A DNA stretch of 64,000 nucleotides, from positions 120,652,001-120,716,000 of the forward strand of contig NC_043001.1 in the NCBI RefSeq assembly GCF_006345805.1, read 5' to 3'. The position numbers and the translations under genes are program-made. Positions within the stretch are counted from its first letter, which is position 1; each line of letters opens with the position of its first letter. Positions 1 to 12,156 of the stretch are shown here, piece after piece. The notes below the pieces were generated by a model. It was not told the DNA's origin and searched no databases. It was given only the letters and a program-made list of their open reading frames with translations. The stretch comes from Octopus sinensis (taxonomy: Eukaryota).

Positions 1-187
1 AGTAGGTTGCGAGGAGGTAAGTCGCGGTAGGAAAAGAACTCAAGGTAGAAGAGAAAGTCAAGACATAGGTTAGAGTTGGTGAGTTTCTCTTACATGTAAA
101 ACATGGGTATATGTGCTTGTGCGCGCGCGTTGTATGTATTTATGTATGTGTCTGTGTGCGAGTATGCGCATGCTCATGTATGGAAGT

Positions 188-231
188 AGATAGATAGATA
201 GAGAGAGAGAGAGGTAAATAGATAGAGGAAG

Positions 232-312
<81 letters not shown>

Positions 313-335
313 TGGATAGATAGTTAGATAGACAG
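188..335. repeat. (GATA)n microsatellite with (GA)n
   Basis: Directly visible tetranucleotide array; explains the YLSI-type ORFs at 70-789 and 140-346. Confidence 0.95.
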
Positions 336-825
336 ACAATCCACATGTAAACTCATTTTTTTCGCTGGTTTCAGCCTGTTCACCGTGGTCATGCTGGAGC
401 ACTGTTCCAGTGAATATTGTGGCAAATAAATTGATAATAATGCTAATTTGGCAACGTGGCTGAAGAGTTCCATGGAAATGCGTAGGATGCAGATTGAAAT
501 GCCAGTTGGTGGGTGAAGGTAGACATTGAATAGGATAGTGTAGGAAGCTAGTTGAAGCAGGGGGGGGGTTGTGAATGGAGAAAGAAATTAAATGGAATAC
601 AACAACACTACTAATTTCTTCCAACAGTGAAATTGAAGAATTTGCTTCAATAGCGACAATGCAAACTAAAAAGAAATTTAAATAATTGCAGAGAGAATGT
701 AAAACAATGAATGGGAAGAAAGAACGAAAAAAAAAAAAGAAACAGAAAGACGGATGGAAAGAAAAAAAAGAAACTGTGAAAGAAATCAAAGAATACCTAG
801 TTAACTTAGCTAGTTATCTAACAAG

Positions 826-1017
<192 letters not shown>

Positions 1018-2900
1018 ATTTCTTTATTAGCCACGCAGGGCCGAATACAGAGGGGACAATACAATGTGGAACTTTTCTTTTCGAAAGAGAAAAAAAAACA
1101 CTATCAAAAGGGATCGAAAGCGTTTAGGAACGTGTAAACAGCGAAATAACAACGTTCCGTTTATAATAGTTTCCAAAAGGTGGACTAAAAATGTGATACA
1201 GATTAGGTCTATCCGTGGAAAGAAAAGCCTGCGAAAAAGACCACGGTAATCTCAAGCAGGGAAAGAAACACATGGGAGCAAAGCGCTCTCTCTCTCTCTC
1301 TCTCTCTCTTAGATTTACAGGATCATGCTCAAAGTGGTTTTGTCATTCGCGCATACCATCTTTGCTACATTCACCCACCTGTTATTGAAACTTTCATGAG
1401 ACAAAGCTTCCCTCTATATTCTCCCCCCCCCCTTTTCACTCCCTTTTCAAGTGGCACTTGAAAAAATTTGATGAGCGATTGGCCAAACGGAAAGTTGTTT
1501 GTCTCTAAACCTTCTCGCACGAGGACACCACACATATTCTTTCACCATAGCAACCAGTACAATGAAAACTGCCTTGCCTTCGCGGTTAAATGAAGGTGGC
1601 GGGGCAATATTCACCATAGACTCGACTGACAACCGAATTCGTCCCAGCCGTTCGACATAAGCCCACGGGTCTGAAATGTTTGGACATCCCACGAGTGCAT
1701 GCAGAACGGTTTCGCCGCTCTGACTGCATATTGAACAAGTCGGTCCCGTGTTTCTCGAACTGTGCCTGTAGAGCTTATCCCGAACGGGAAATGCCTGCTG
1801 TTAGCACTGCCAGGCCAGGGATGTTGTTTCTGTTCTTGGTGGCGCTGATATTGATGTCGTTATTTGGACTGGCTTGTTGGTCGCTGATGTTCTTTCACTT
1901 CTTGGTAGAGCTGTTTTATCAGCTGTGAATATGGTGGTGTAGGTAACAGCGCTGGTTTTTCCTTTGGTTTTTGGTTTTCATGTTGTTGTGGTTGTTTTTT
2001 TCTTGTTCTTGTTGCTGCTGCTACTGTTGCTCCTTGAATATTGGACAACCAATTTTTAAATGGTTTTTGCTACTACAGAGGTGACAGCGTAGTTATCTGC
2101 TTTCAATGGTGACATGTAAATTGGTACCGTCTGTCAGTTTTATCAAATCTGGTATATTTTCTATCGACTCTTGATTTGTTTGAATCAAGATTTTGAAATC
2201 CTGGCCTATCCAGTTCTGCTGATCTAGGACGGCAATTTCCAAGATGTTGATAACTTCTTGTTATTGTAGTAGATGGCTGACACTAGCCATTGTGCTTCAA
2301 TTTCAGGGGGCACATCGTTGATTTTTATTTTTGTGACCCTACGCCCTAAGTACGTAGGGATTATTACTATTTCATCAGGCTCAAGTGATTCTGTAGAAAA
2401 GGCTTTGGTTTGCTATTCTGAGTCAAACCTGACTTCGACTGTGGCAAATCTTTTGCCTCTTGTAATATATTTTTGTGCCCGTATGGGCCTTAAACATTTT
2501 TCGGTTATTTGTTGATTTATGTTTTCGGGTATTTTCGTTTTTAAATTGATTGTCTTGTATATTATTGTTCTTTCTTTTTTTCTTTTTTTTTTGTTAATAT
2601 TTTCTGAAATGTGCTGTGGTGTGTTTAGTTTTATCATATTACCTTCCTTAAATAAAAGGTGTCTTGTTTCCATTAATTGTTGTGGCGAAAATGAAACAAC
2701 TCGTTTTCTTTGCCTGAAAACTAAAACAAAGTTACTTTATTCGTGTTGGTGCTGTTGTTATTGGTGGTGGGGGTGGCAGTAGTGGAGACCGCGGTGGGGG
2801 CAGCGGTGGTAGCAGTAGACATTTGTTCATGCTTTCCTTTCCTACTTGCTAATTTGGAACGCTGTTGTCAGTATGTGTTGACGTTGTTCAACTGTGTGTG
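1018..2900 (-). mobile_element. Tx1/L1-like non-LTR retrotransposon, copy 1: decayed ORF1 remnant joined to the ORF2 C-terminus (large internal deletion)
   Basis: Minus strand 2045-2086 encodes the gag-type knuckle CHLCSSKNHLKIGC (CX2CX4HX4C). 1330-1815 aligns by eye to the ORF2 C-terminus of copy 2 (CPNISDPWAYVE...VNIAPPPSFNREGKAVFIVLVAM). 3' end reads AATAAAGAAAT then (ATCT)n. The 5' boundary is uncertain. Confidence 0.75.
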
Positions 2901-3241
2901 TGTGTGTGTGTGTGTGTGATTCAATTCTTTCTCTCTCCCCTCCAGCGTTCGGCACTACAGCGAAATTAATGTCCGACAAAGACGAGAGAACGCTAGGAGC
3001 GTCAGACAAGTTATCCATTTTGTTTTCAATCTGTCCTGAAAGACAGATTGAAAAAAACTTTTTGAAATGAAATTTGAAAAGCGAAAATACAGCCGCAGAG
3101 CGGGGATTTTTGGAAGACCGATTCAATCACACCAAAGCTGATGTTGTTAACCAACTGTTGACAAAAATTTAATATAAACGAGTATAAAGAAATACGAGAA
3201 ATTGTTTAGACTTACGCAGACGAAAGTGACGACAGCCAATC

Positions 3242-5266
3242 AGATAGATAAGTTTCTTTATTGGCCACACAGGGTTGCACACAGATGGGACAAGTTACAA
3301 GGTAGAGCTTTTCTTTTGGGGATGAAAAAAAAAGGGGGTTGCGTAGGTTTTCGATCAAGAGGGATCGTAAAAGAGAAGAAAAGAACAAAAAAAAATTTTT
3401 TAATAAATAAATAAAATAAAAAATAAAAAGAATAAAAAGAAAAAAAAGAAAAGGAAAAGGAACAAAAGAAAAGAGAAATGAAAAAAGAAGAAAAAAGGTG
3501 GAAAAAAGGGGAAGAGGAAAAAAAAGAACGATCAATAGGGATCGTGTATCACAGTGTTATGATATATCGTGTAAAGGGGAAAGCAAGTAAGGTTTATCCG
3601 TGGGAAGAAAAGCCTACGAAAAAGACCACGGTAACCTTGGTCAATATTGTTATATGTTACCACATTTGTTTGCAAGTGGGTAACCCTCTGTTTTCAATTT
3701 CTGGGTTCATAGGATTATGCTCAAGGTGGTTTCGTCATTCATACGTGCCATCCTTGCTACATTCACCCATCTTTTTTAAAACATTCGCTAGACAAAACTT
3801 GCCTCTCTACTCTCACTTTCCTTTTCAAGTGGTACTTGAAGAAGTTGATGAGAGATTGACCAGAGAGGAAAGTGTTTGTCTCCAATCCTTTCAGACGCGT
3901 CCACCAGATACATTCTTTCGCCATAGCCACAAGGATGATGAAAATAGCTCTTCCTTCCCGTTTGAAGGAAGGAGGCGTGACAATATTGACGATAGACTCA
4001 GCTGATAAACTGACTCGTCCCACACGTGACAGCAGTTGTTCGACACAAGCCCACAGGTCGGAAATTGTTGGACACTGCACGAGTGCGTGCAGAACGGTTT
4101 CCTAGCTCTGACCGCATCTCGGGCAGGTCGGCCCCGTGTTTCTCGAGCCGTGTCTGTAGAGCTTATCCCGAACGGGTAGCGCTTCTCGGTAACACTGCCA
4201 GGCCAGGGATCTCTGGAAGTTGTCCATGGGCCCTGGCCCGAAAGTCGTCTAGAACAGGCGGGTCAGGTACTCCTCGTCGACGTCCAGGTTCGCCCCGAGC
4301 TCGTCGTCGTACCTCCCCTCCACTAATCCCCTATAGAATGCTTTGGTTGTGTTGAAGTCACTCAAGGTCGACCCAGAACGGCAGAGTTGCTTGAGAGCAA
4401 CGCGACACTCGCGGTGCCATTCGCCCTTCCTCGGCCTCTTTTTGATCCACGACTGCAGTTCGGTCATGGAGACGAGCTGCGGGAAAGCGTGCCTCACAAA
4501 CGGCGACCACACCTGTTCACCGTCGTCTACATAGAGCCAGAGATGTCGCAGTCTCAGCGCGTGTCTGCGCATCATCAACCACGGCTTGCCAAGCCCTCCT
4601 TTTAACGGGTGTTCACAGCAAATGGATCGCCTGACCATCGGGACGCATCCTTTCCACAAGAAGCGAAAGAGAATGCGTTGTAGTTTGGTGATGGTAGGGT
4701 CGGGACAAGGTACGACGGTCAGGCGGTAGTAAATGACGGACGCGATGTACGTGTTCGCCACCTCCGCCCGACCTTTTAGGGACAGTTTCCTCTCGGCCCA
4801 TTGCCGGGCGGGAGTGACCACCCTACTCGTTATCTCGTTCCAGTTCTTCTCCACTTGGAGGTCCGGACCAAGCCAGACCCCGAGCAACTCAACCGGGCCG
4901 TCGGTCCAGCGTCCCACGACGGAGGCGCTGCTGGACGGCATGGGCTTGCTTCTCCAGGTGCCTAGTCGCAAGCCCACTGACTTTTCCCGGTTGATTTTCG
5001 CTCCTGTCACCGCTTCGTAGTCTTTCAGTGTCTCGCCGACCCGCTCGATGTGCTCGTGGCTTGACACTATGACGGTGACGTCGTCCGCGTATGCAGACAC
5101 GCTCGTCCCGCATCCCAGTTCTCGCGGGATGCCCCTCAAAGTTGCCAGCTTCCGCAATAATGGCTCGAGTGTCAATACGTATAGAAGCGACGAGAGGGGG
5201 CATCCCTGACGGACCGAACGTGCGATGTCGAAGGGTCTCGATAGATGTCCATTCACGCGAATTACC
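3242..5266 (-). mobile_element. Tx1/L1-like non-LTR retrotransposon, copy 2: 5'-truncated ORF2 (RT + C-terminal CCHC finger), frameshifted
   Basis: ORF 4249-5262 contains the RT motifs SVRQGCPLSSLLY, AYADD and AKINREKS and the L1-clade KLSLKGR / LFRFLW / GGLG motifs. A second frame continues into the CPRCGQ..ETVLHALVQCP zinc finger. 3' end AATAAAGAAAC matches copy 1. Confidence 0.9.
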
Positions 5267-5546
5267 AGATAGATAGATAGATAGATAGGTAGGTAGGTAA
5301 GTAGGTATGTAGGTAGGCATGTAGATAGGTAGGTAGGTAGGTAGGTAGGTAGGTAGGTAGGTAGGTAGGTAAGTAGGTATGTAGGTAGGTAGGCATGTAG
5401 GTAGGTAGGTAGGTAGGTAGGTAGGTAGGTAGGTAGGTAGGTAGGTAGGTATGTAGGTAGGTAGGTATGTAGGTAGGTAGGCATGTAGGTAGGTGGGTAG
5501 GTAGGTAGGTAGGTAGGTAGGTAGGTTGGTAGGTAGGTAGGTAAGT
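5267..5546. repeat. (GATA)n/(GGTA)n microsatellite
   Basis: Directly visible; gives the spurious LPTY N-terminus of ORF 4249-5598. Confidence 0.95.
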
Positions 5547-7129
5547 GAATGAAAAAGAACGGAAACCAAAAATGAAAAGAAGAAAGAGAAAGGTGCAAAA
5601 GAAATTCGGAGGAGAAACAGTAAAAATGCAGGAGGTACTAGGGTCCAACAGAAAGCAATCTAGTTCAATGGGTTTGCTTGAAATTTGTGTAAAATATCAA
5701 TTTGATTCCAAAGAAAGAAATAGAATTAAGTATTTGATGATTGATTTGTATTTTGACACTTGCAGGGTTGTCGTCTGCTCTGGAATGATTCAGTACAGGT
5801 GTTGTATGAACGGTAACGTCTCAAATATATCGCTGGATTAGAAACAACATCGAGGAACAGAGACGGAGTAATTGGTGTGTGTATGTGAGAGGGAAGGAGG
5901 GAGAAGGGGAGTGAAAAAGAAAGTGAGAGGGAGGGAAAAGAAAGAGACAGAGATTGAGGGAGAATGCGTGTGTGTGTGTGTGTGTGTACAAGTGCATACA
6001 TCTGTGTGTGTATGGGATTGCGTAGCTATATATTGGTGGACGTGCGCGTGTATACGTGCATGTGTGTACGAGCGCGTACTTATGTATGTGTGTGCGCGTG
6101 TGTAAAGAATAGAAGGAAGGAAGAACGGCAGAGAAGACAGAGCGAGAGATTTTGTGTTTGCGTGCGACTGCGTGATTGAATGTGTGAAAATGTGTCTCTT
6201 TTATGTGTCTATTTATGTGTGCCTGTGTGCATGCGTGCATATGTACGCATGGGAGTATGTTTGTTGACAGATAGATTGATAGAGAGATAGTGATCAAAAG
6301 TAGAGAGAGGCAGAGAAATAGAAGGAGGTAGAAGGGGAGGGAAAGTGGAAGTGAGATAGAGCGAAAGATACTGGGTCAATTTGGTCAGGCGTAATTTTGA
6401 AGTGTGCGGAAGTTATCGTGGCTTTTGTTTTTCCTGTCGTTATTTACACATATTGTCTTAAGCAATGCACGTTGTTGACGTCGTCGTGGTCGCCCTCGTT
6501 GCTGCTGCTGCTGGTAAGAGTAAACCCGTGATCAAAACAGCTGCTATCATACCGTTTTTTTTATGGGTCTCTATGACTACAATATCTCACATTTCCTTCC
6601 ACTTCACAAGAGAGTAGTTTAGGATTTTTGCTCCTATTTCAAGTAGGAGAGCGACCACTTGGATTCTAACTCTTGAAACTTGCTCGCTTATATTTCTTGT
6701 CGGTGATTTTAATGAAAACTTCCTTTATATCGGACGGATTGGACACAAAGCGCGACGGGCCACGATCGTAGCCGTCAAGCGCAGGTCGACAGGCCACGAC
6801 CATGGCCCAGATAGATGCTTTTAATTTAAGGGCGTATGTTGGGGTCTAATGTGACCAAACGCTCCGATAACCATCAGAATGCAAGAGGGCTAATAGTTCA
6901 ACTAATGACTTTTCAGATAATGTAAAACTTGCCACCACTGCATACTAACAAGATATCTTAACATTTATTTTTTTTTGTTTTTTATGTGTGCATGGTAGTT
7001 TTATTTTCATAAAATGTGCGCATCAGTCCATGCTGTGTAAGTGCAAATCCCAGCGCTTTATGGGTTAAGATTTTTTTAAATGTATTTTACATTTTAGAGT
7101 CAGAAATTGTTTTTGTGTTGCGTTTGTTT

Positions 7130-7335
7130 TCATCTATTCCAGTCATTAGACTGCGACCATGCAGGAGCACCGCTTTGAAGAACTTTTGGTTGAATAAATC
7201 CACTCTAGTACTCACTTTTTTTTTAAGTCTGGTAATTATCCTATCGGTCTGTCTTTGCTAGGCTAAGGGACGTAAACAAACCAACACCTGTTGTCGAGCG
7301 GTGATGGCGTGCAAACAATAGAGACAAAAGACACA
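7130..7335 (-). mobile_element. SINE family A, 3' fragment
   Basis: Matches the tail of the full copies at 7351-7742, 25941-26428 and 29157-29643 (CATGCTGGAGCACCGC motif). Confidence 0.75.
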
Positions 7336-7350
7336 CACATCTATTATGTA

Positions 7351-7742
7351 TTCTTTTATTCTTTTACTTGCTTCAGTCATTTAACTGCGGCCATGCTGGA
7401 GCACCGCCTTTAGTCGACCAAATCGACCCCCAGGACTTATTCGTTGTAAACCTAGTACTTATTCTATCGCCTCTTTTGCCGAACCGCTAAGTTACGGGAC
7501 GTAAACACACCAACATCGGTTGTCAAACGATTGTGAGGGACAAACACAGACACAAATACACACACACATATATATACGCGACGGGCTTCTTTCAGTTTCC
7601 GTCTGTCAAATCCACTCACAAGGCTTTGGTCGGACAGAGGCTATAGTAGAAGACACTTGGCCAAGGTGCCACACAGTGGGACTGAACTCGGAACCATGTA
7701 GTTGGGAATCAATCTTCTTACCACACAGCCACTCCTGCACCT
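7351..7742 (-). mobile_element. tRNA-derived SINE family A, near full length
   Basis: Head GCAGGAGTGGCTGTGTGGTAAG...GGTTCCGAGTTCAGTCCC (A/B-box-like), internal (TG)/(TA) tract, and a tail shared with three other copies in the window. Confidence 0.85.
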
Positions 7743-8021
7743 GTCTTCGTTCGGTTTCCTACTATGTCTTCACTGTCATGTTTTTGTTCCCAACTTTGAC
7801 CCTTCATAAATCCTAAAATTTATTTTAGAATTCATGGGAGCAACAGTCTTTGGAGATTCATCTTGTCGTTGAATTCTCGAAATGAGGAGTAGATAGACAG
7901 CCGACAACTGATGAAGAGTCCTTTCTCTGTGTTTACTTGTCCTGTTTTCCATTTTTTCCCCTTGTTGTTTACGTATTTCATGTTATTTGCACTGTTATTG
8001 ACGTCATGTACCTATATATGC

Positions 8022-8082
<61 letters not shown>

Positions 8083-8104
8083 TTGAGAAAGAGAGGGAGA
8101 TAGT

Positions 8105-8486
8105 GAAGGTGCAATGGCCCTGTGGTTAGGGCAGCGGACTCGCGGACGTAGGATCGCGGTTTCGATTTCCAGACCGGGTGTTGTGAGTGTTTATTGGGCG
8201 AAAACATCTAAAGCTCTACAAGGCTCCGACAAGGATTTGTGGTGAACCCTGTTGCACTCTTTCACCACGACTTTCTCTCACTGTTTCTTCCCGTTTCTGT
8301 TGTACCTGTATTTTCAAAGGGCCAGCCCTGTCACACTCTGTATCATGCTGAATCTGCTCGAGAACTACGTTATGGGTATGCGTGTCTGTGGAGTGCTCAG
8401 CCACTTGTACGTTAATTTCACGAGCGGGCCGTTCCATTGATCAGATCAATTGGCACCATCGTCGTCTTAACCGACGGAGTGCCACA

Positions 8487-8487
<1 letters not shown>
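8105..8487 (+). mobile_element. tRNA-derived SINE family C
   Basis: Head TGGCCCTGTGGTTAGGGCAG...GGTTTCGATTTCC; the body (TTCAAAGGGCCAGCC...GTGGAGTGCTCAGCCACTT...AACCGACGGAGTG) matches 28836-29156. Confidence 0.8.
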
Positions 8488-8571
<84 letters not shown>

Positions 8572-9525
8572 GAAGTGAGTTATTCGAGAGTTATTTTTAA
8601 ACCATAGACTTAATCCGTTGTCATGTTTTAACACCTTCACTTGGTATTTCAGTACTTTTAAACGAATTCATTTTGTTGCAAGCATTCAGACTAGATCTCC
8701 GTTTTACAGGTAGTTTCCTCCCGTTTAACCAACAGTTTCAGAGTCGTGAAAAGAAAACTAAAGGGTCATGAGTTATGCCTCTCTCTCTCCCCTTATCTAA
8801 TTGCTAGAAAGAAATACGATAATATTTATACTTCGTGACTTTTAAGTTTCATACCACGGAACATTTTCTTAACAATCTTTAGAAACTCACCTCAAATATA
8901 TTTCTTATTACACTTGATTAACTGATAATAGTATGGCGTCTTTCATTCTTACTGGATGACAGAAGGGTTAGGGGTGTGTTTAATCTTATCTGCATATCCT
9001 CTGGCTTCTAGAGATTTGTAGTACTTCGGTACAATAATATTGAAGAATTCTTTATAAGACAAAAGATTAGCGATACGTCTTCTATATACATCTGTGTGAG
9101 TGTTTGCATGTATGTATGTCATTATTCAGTTTCATTTCAAGATTTCTTGTGTGTATGTATGCATGTATGTATGTACATATGCATGCATGCATGCATGTAT
9201 GTACATGTGTGTGTGTGTGTTTGAATTTTATATTGCCTCTGTTCTCGATACACCAAACTTGAAAGTCTCCCTGAATTCTCTCCTGCCAGTTCGTGTGATG
9301 CGATTGAGTGATCACAAAATAGTTGGTGATTTGCTTAAGGACAGAAACTGATTCGCACACAAATAAAATACAGAGAGAAAGAACGAAACAAAAACGAGAG
9401 AAAGAAAGAAAGAGAGAGAATGAATAAATAAACGAATGAATGACGGATAGGCAGACAGACAGACCGATAAACAGATGGATACATGCATATATACATCATA
9501 TAAGCACAGACATATATCTGTGGAC

Positions 9526-9576
<51 letters not shown>

Positions 9577-9699
9577 ATCACAATCAAGGAACGGCCATAA
9601 TAGGCCATTCACCCACTAGAAATAACAGCCAAAGCTTCAACCGCAAAATAACATTAATTCCGTAAACCAGGAGAAAATTAAAAAAACATTTACCCTGTA

Positions 9700-9806
9700 A
9701 TTTCTTATACGATGCACCGTTTCATCTACTGTTTAATGGTAAACTAACCTGATTAAATTAAATCAAGCCAATCTTCCATAGGCCCTTAGAATCGTCAGTA
9801 AGAAAT
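9700..9806 (-). ncRNA. Type I hammerhead ribozyme motif, unit 1
   Basis: Minus strand: ATTTCTTA-CTGACGA-TTCTA..(long helix II)..TAGAT-GAAA-CGGTGCATCG-T-A-TAAGAAAT; 8-bp helix I, GUA cleavage triplet. Confidence 0.8.
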
Positions 9807-10184
9807 AGCCAGATCGGAACAGATATTTTCACGAGGCATTTCTGTCCCTGCCTCGGCAATATCTGACCTAAAATTCAAATCATCGCACTCGCGCCAAATT
9901 TATCGGCAGCAAATAAATATAAGCCGCCGATTCCATTACGGAATTAACCAGAAAATTCATAATTAATTAATATAGGGTGGCAAAAAATTTTGTAGAATTT
10001 TTTTGCCACCAGCGGCCTAGTGGGAAAAAATTAAATAGTCATAGACCATTTGTAAGTTCAACATCACAATCAAGGAACGGCCATAATAGGCCATTCACAC
10101 ACTAGAAATAACAGCCAAAGCTTCAACCGCAAAATAACATTAATTCCGTAAACCAGGAGAAAATTAAAAACCATTTACCCTGTA

Positions 10185-10292
10185 ATTTCTTATACGATGC
10201 ACCGTTTCATCTACTGTTTAATGGTAAACTAACCTGATTAAATTAAATCAAGCCAACCTTCCATAGGCCTTAGAATCGTCAGTAAAAGAAAT
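10185..10292 (-). ncRNA. Type I hammerhead motif, unit 2 (2-nt insertion in helix I)
   Basis: Same motif; TCGTCAG at 10276-10282 is followed by TAAAAGAAAT instead of TAAGAAAT. Confidence 0.65.
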
Positions 10293-10670
10293 AGCCAGAT
10301 CGGAACAGATATTTTCACGAGGCATTTCTGTCCCTGCCTCGGCAATATCTGACCTAAAATTTTCAAATCATCGCACTCGCGCCAAATTATACGGCAGCAA
10401 ATAAATATAAGCCGCCGATTCATTACGGAATTAACCAGAAAATTCATAATTAATCAATATAGGGTGGCAAAAAATTTTGTAGAATTTTTTTGCCACCAGC
10501 GGCCTAGTGGGAAAAAATTAAATAGTCATAGACCATTTTTAAGTTCAACATCACAATCAAGGAACGCCATAATAGGCCATTCACCCACTAGAAATAACAG
10601 CCAAAGCTTCAACCGCAAAATAACATTAATTTCGTAAACCAGGAGAAAATTAAAAAACATTTACCCTGTA

Positions 10671-10778
10671 ATTTCTTATACGATGCAACCGTTTCATCTA
10701 CTGTTTAATGGTAAACAAACCTGATTAAATTAAATCAAGCCAATCTTCCATAGGCCCTTAGAATCGTCAGTAAGAAAT
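10671..10778 (-). ncRNA. Type I hammerhead motif, unit 3 (1-nt insertion in helix III)
   Basis: Same motif; TCGTCAG at 10764-10770, helix I strands at 10671-10678 and 10771-10778. Confidence 0.7.
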
Positions 10779-11041
10779 AGCCAGATCGGAACAGATATTT
10801 TCACGAGGCATTTCTGTCCCTGCCTCGGCAATATCTGACCTAAAATTTTCAAATCATCGCACTCGCGCCAAATTATTGATTAATTATGAATTTTCTGGTT
10901 AATTCCGTAATGGAATCGGCGGCTTATATTTATTTGCTGCCGATAAATTTGGCGCGAGTCTGATGATTTGAAAATTTTAGGTCAGATATTGCCGAGGCAG
11001 GGACTGAAATGCCTCGTGAAAATATCTGTTCCGATATGGCT

Positions 11042-11148
11042 ATTTCTTACTGATGAATCTAAGGGCCTATGGAAGATTGGCTTGATTTAATTTAATCAGG
11101 TTAGTTTCCCATTAAACAGTAGATGAAACGGTGCATCGTATAAGAAAT
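11042..11148 (+). ncRNA. Type I hammerhead ribozyme motif, inverted unit (best-formed copy)
   Basis: ATTTCTTA(11042-49) CTGATGA(11050-56) ATCTA..TAGAT GAAA(11125-28) CGGTGCATCG T A(11140) TAAGAAAT(11141-48); all core nucleotides present. Confidence 0.85.
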
Positions 11149-11376
11149 TGCAGGGTAAACGTTTTTTTAATTTTCTCCTGTTTACGGAATTAATGTTATT
11201 TTGCGGTTGAAGCTTTGGCTGTTATTTCTAGTGGGTGAATGGCCTATTATGGCTATTCCTTGATCGTGATGTTGAACTTATAAATGGTCTATGACTATTT
11301 AATTTTTTCCCGCTAGGCCGCTGGTGGCAAAAAAATTCTACAAAATTTTTTGCCACCCTATATTGATTAATTATGA

Positions 11377-11407
<31 letters not shown>

Positions 11408-11521
11408 ATATATACACTCACACATACATACACATCATATATGCATACATATATCTCAGAAGATATATATGTATGTATAGGTATTTCACACACACACATA
11501 CACACAAACACACACACACAC

Positions 11522-11585
<64 letters not shown>

Positions 11586-12156
11586 GAGTGTGTATGTATA
11601 CGAAGAAAGAAAGAGAAAGAGAGAGAAAGGTGGGAGAAAGAAAGAGAGAGTTCAATGAAGATAATGAGAAGGAACTTCAGTCTTTTCGCTGTACTCTGAC
11701 ACACCTGCACCCATAATACACCACAGAAATATAATAAACTTAAAACGTCAATAAGTGCAGCGAACGTTTATTTTTAGCATTTCAAAATTCTCATCAAAAA
11801 TTCCATAACAGAAGAGAGTCAATGACTCTATTGCTCGTCTTATCTGTTGCTGCCTTTCCAGCCTCTGAATGAATGTGAATTCATGCGTCTTTGCATGTGC
11901 TTTTGTGTACGTGCGAGCATGTGCGTACGTGTGCGTATCAGTGTGTATGTGCGTCGGTCTGTTTGTGTGTGTGTGTGTGTCTACATGTGCTCCTGTTCGC
12001 ATGAATGTAATTATTTGTGTCCATGCATGTGTATGTTTCACATAGTGTGTCAGTATGTGAAAGCATGCAAGAGCTCGTGTTTCTTCGTATGAATGTGTTT
12101 GGGTGCATCCATACACCTGGGTGTATGTGTGTATGTGTGTGTGTGTGTGTGTGTGT

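Larger units (their letters stand above)
9577..11378. repeat. ~486-bp tandem array (2.7 units) plus one inverted full unit, embedded in (TA)n; retrozyme-like
   Basis: ATCACAATCAAGG unit starts at 9577, 10063 and 10550; orientation switches at ~10875; the inverted unit 10875-11378 has a 17-nt terminal redundancy (ATTGATTAATTATGAAT at 10875 and 11362); (TA)n on both flanks. Confidence 0.95.

Noticed and set aside
452-490. CTGAAGA GTTCCATG GAAA TGCG TA
   Set aside because: Core-like words are present but there is no complementary helix I and only a weak helix II; at most a relic.
2913-3132. 12-bp imperfect inverted repeat GTGTGATT(C/G)AAT suggesting a MITE
   Set aside because: Partly made of the adjacent (TG)n tract, no TSD, single copy.
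7850-7930. Possible hammerhead: TTGTCG..CGACAA CTGATGA AGAG..CTCT
   Set aside because: Helix I and II candidates exist, but no GAAA follows helix II and no helix III can be formed.
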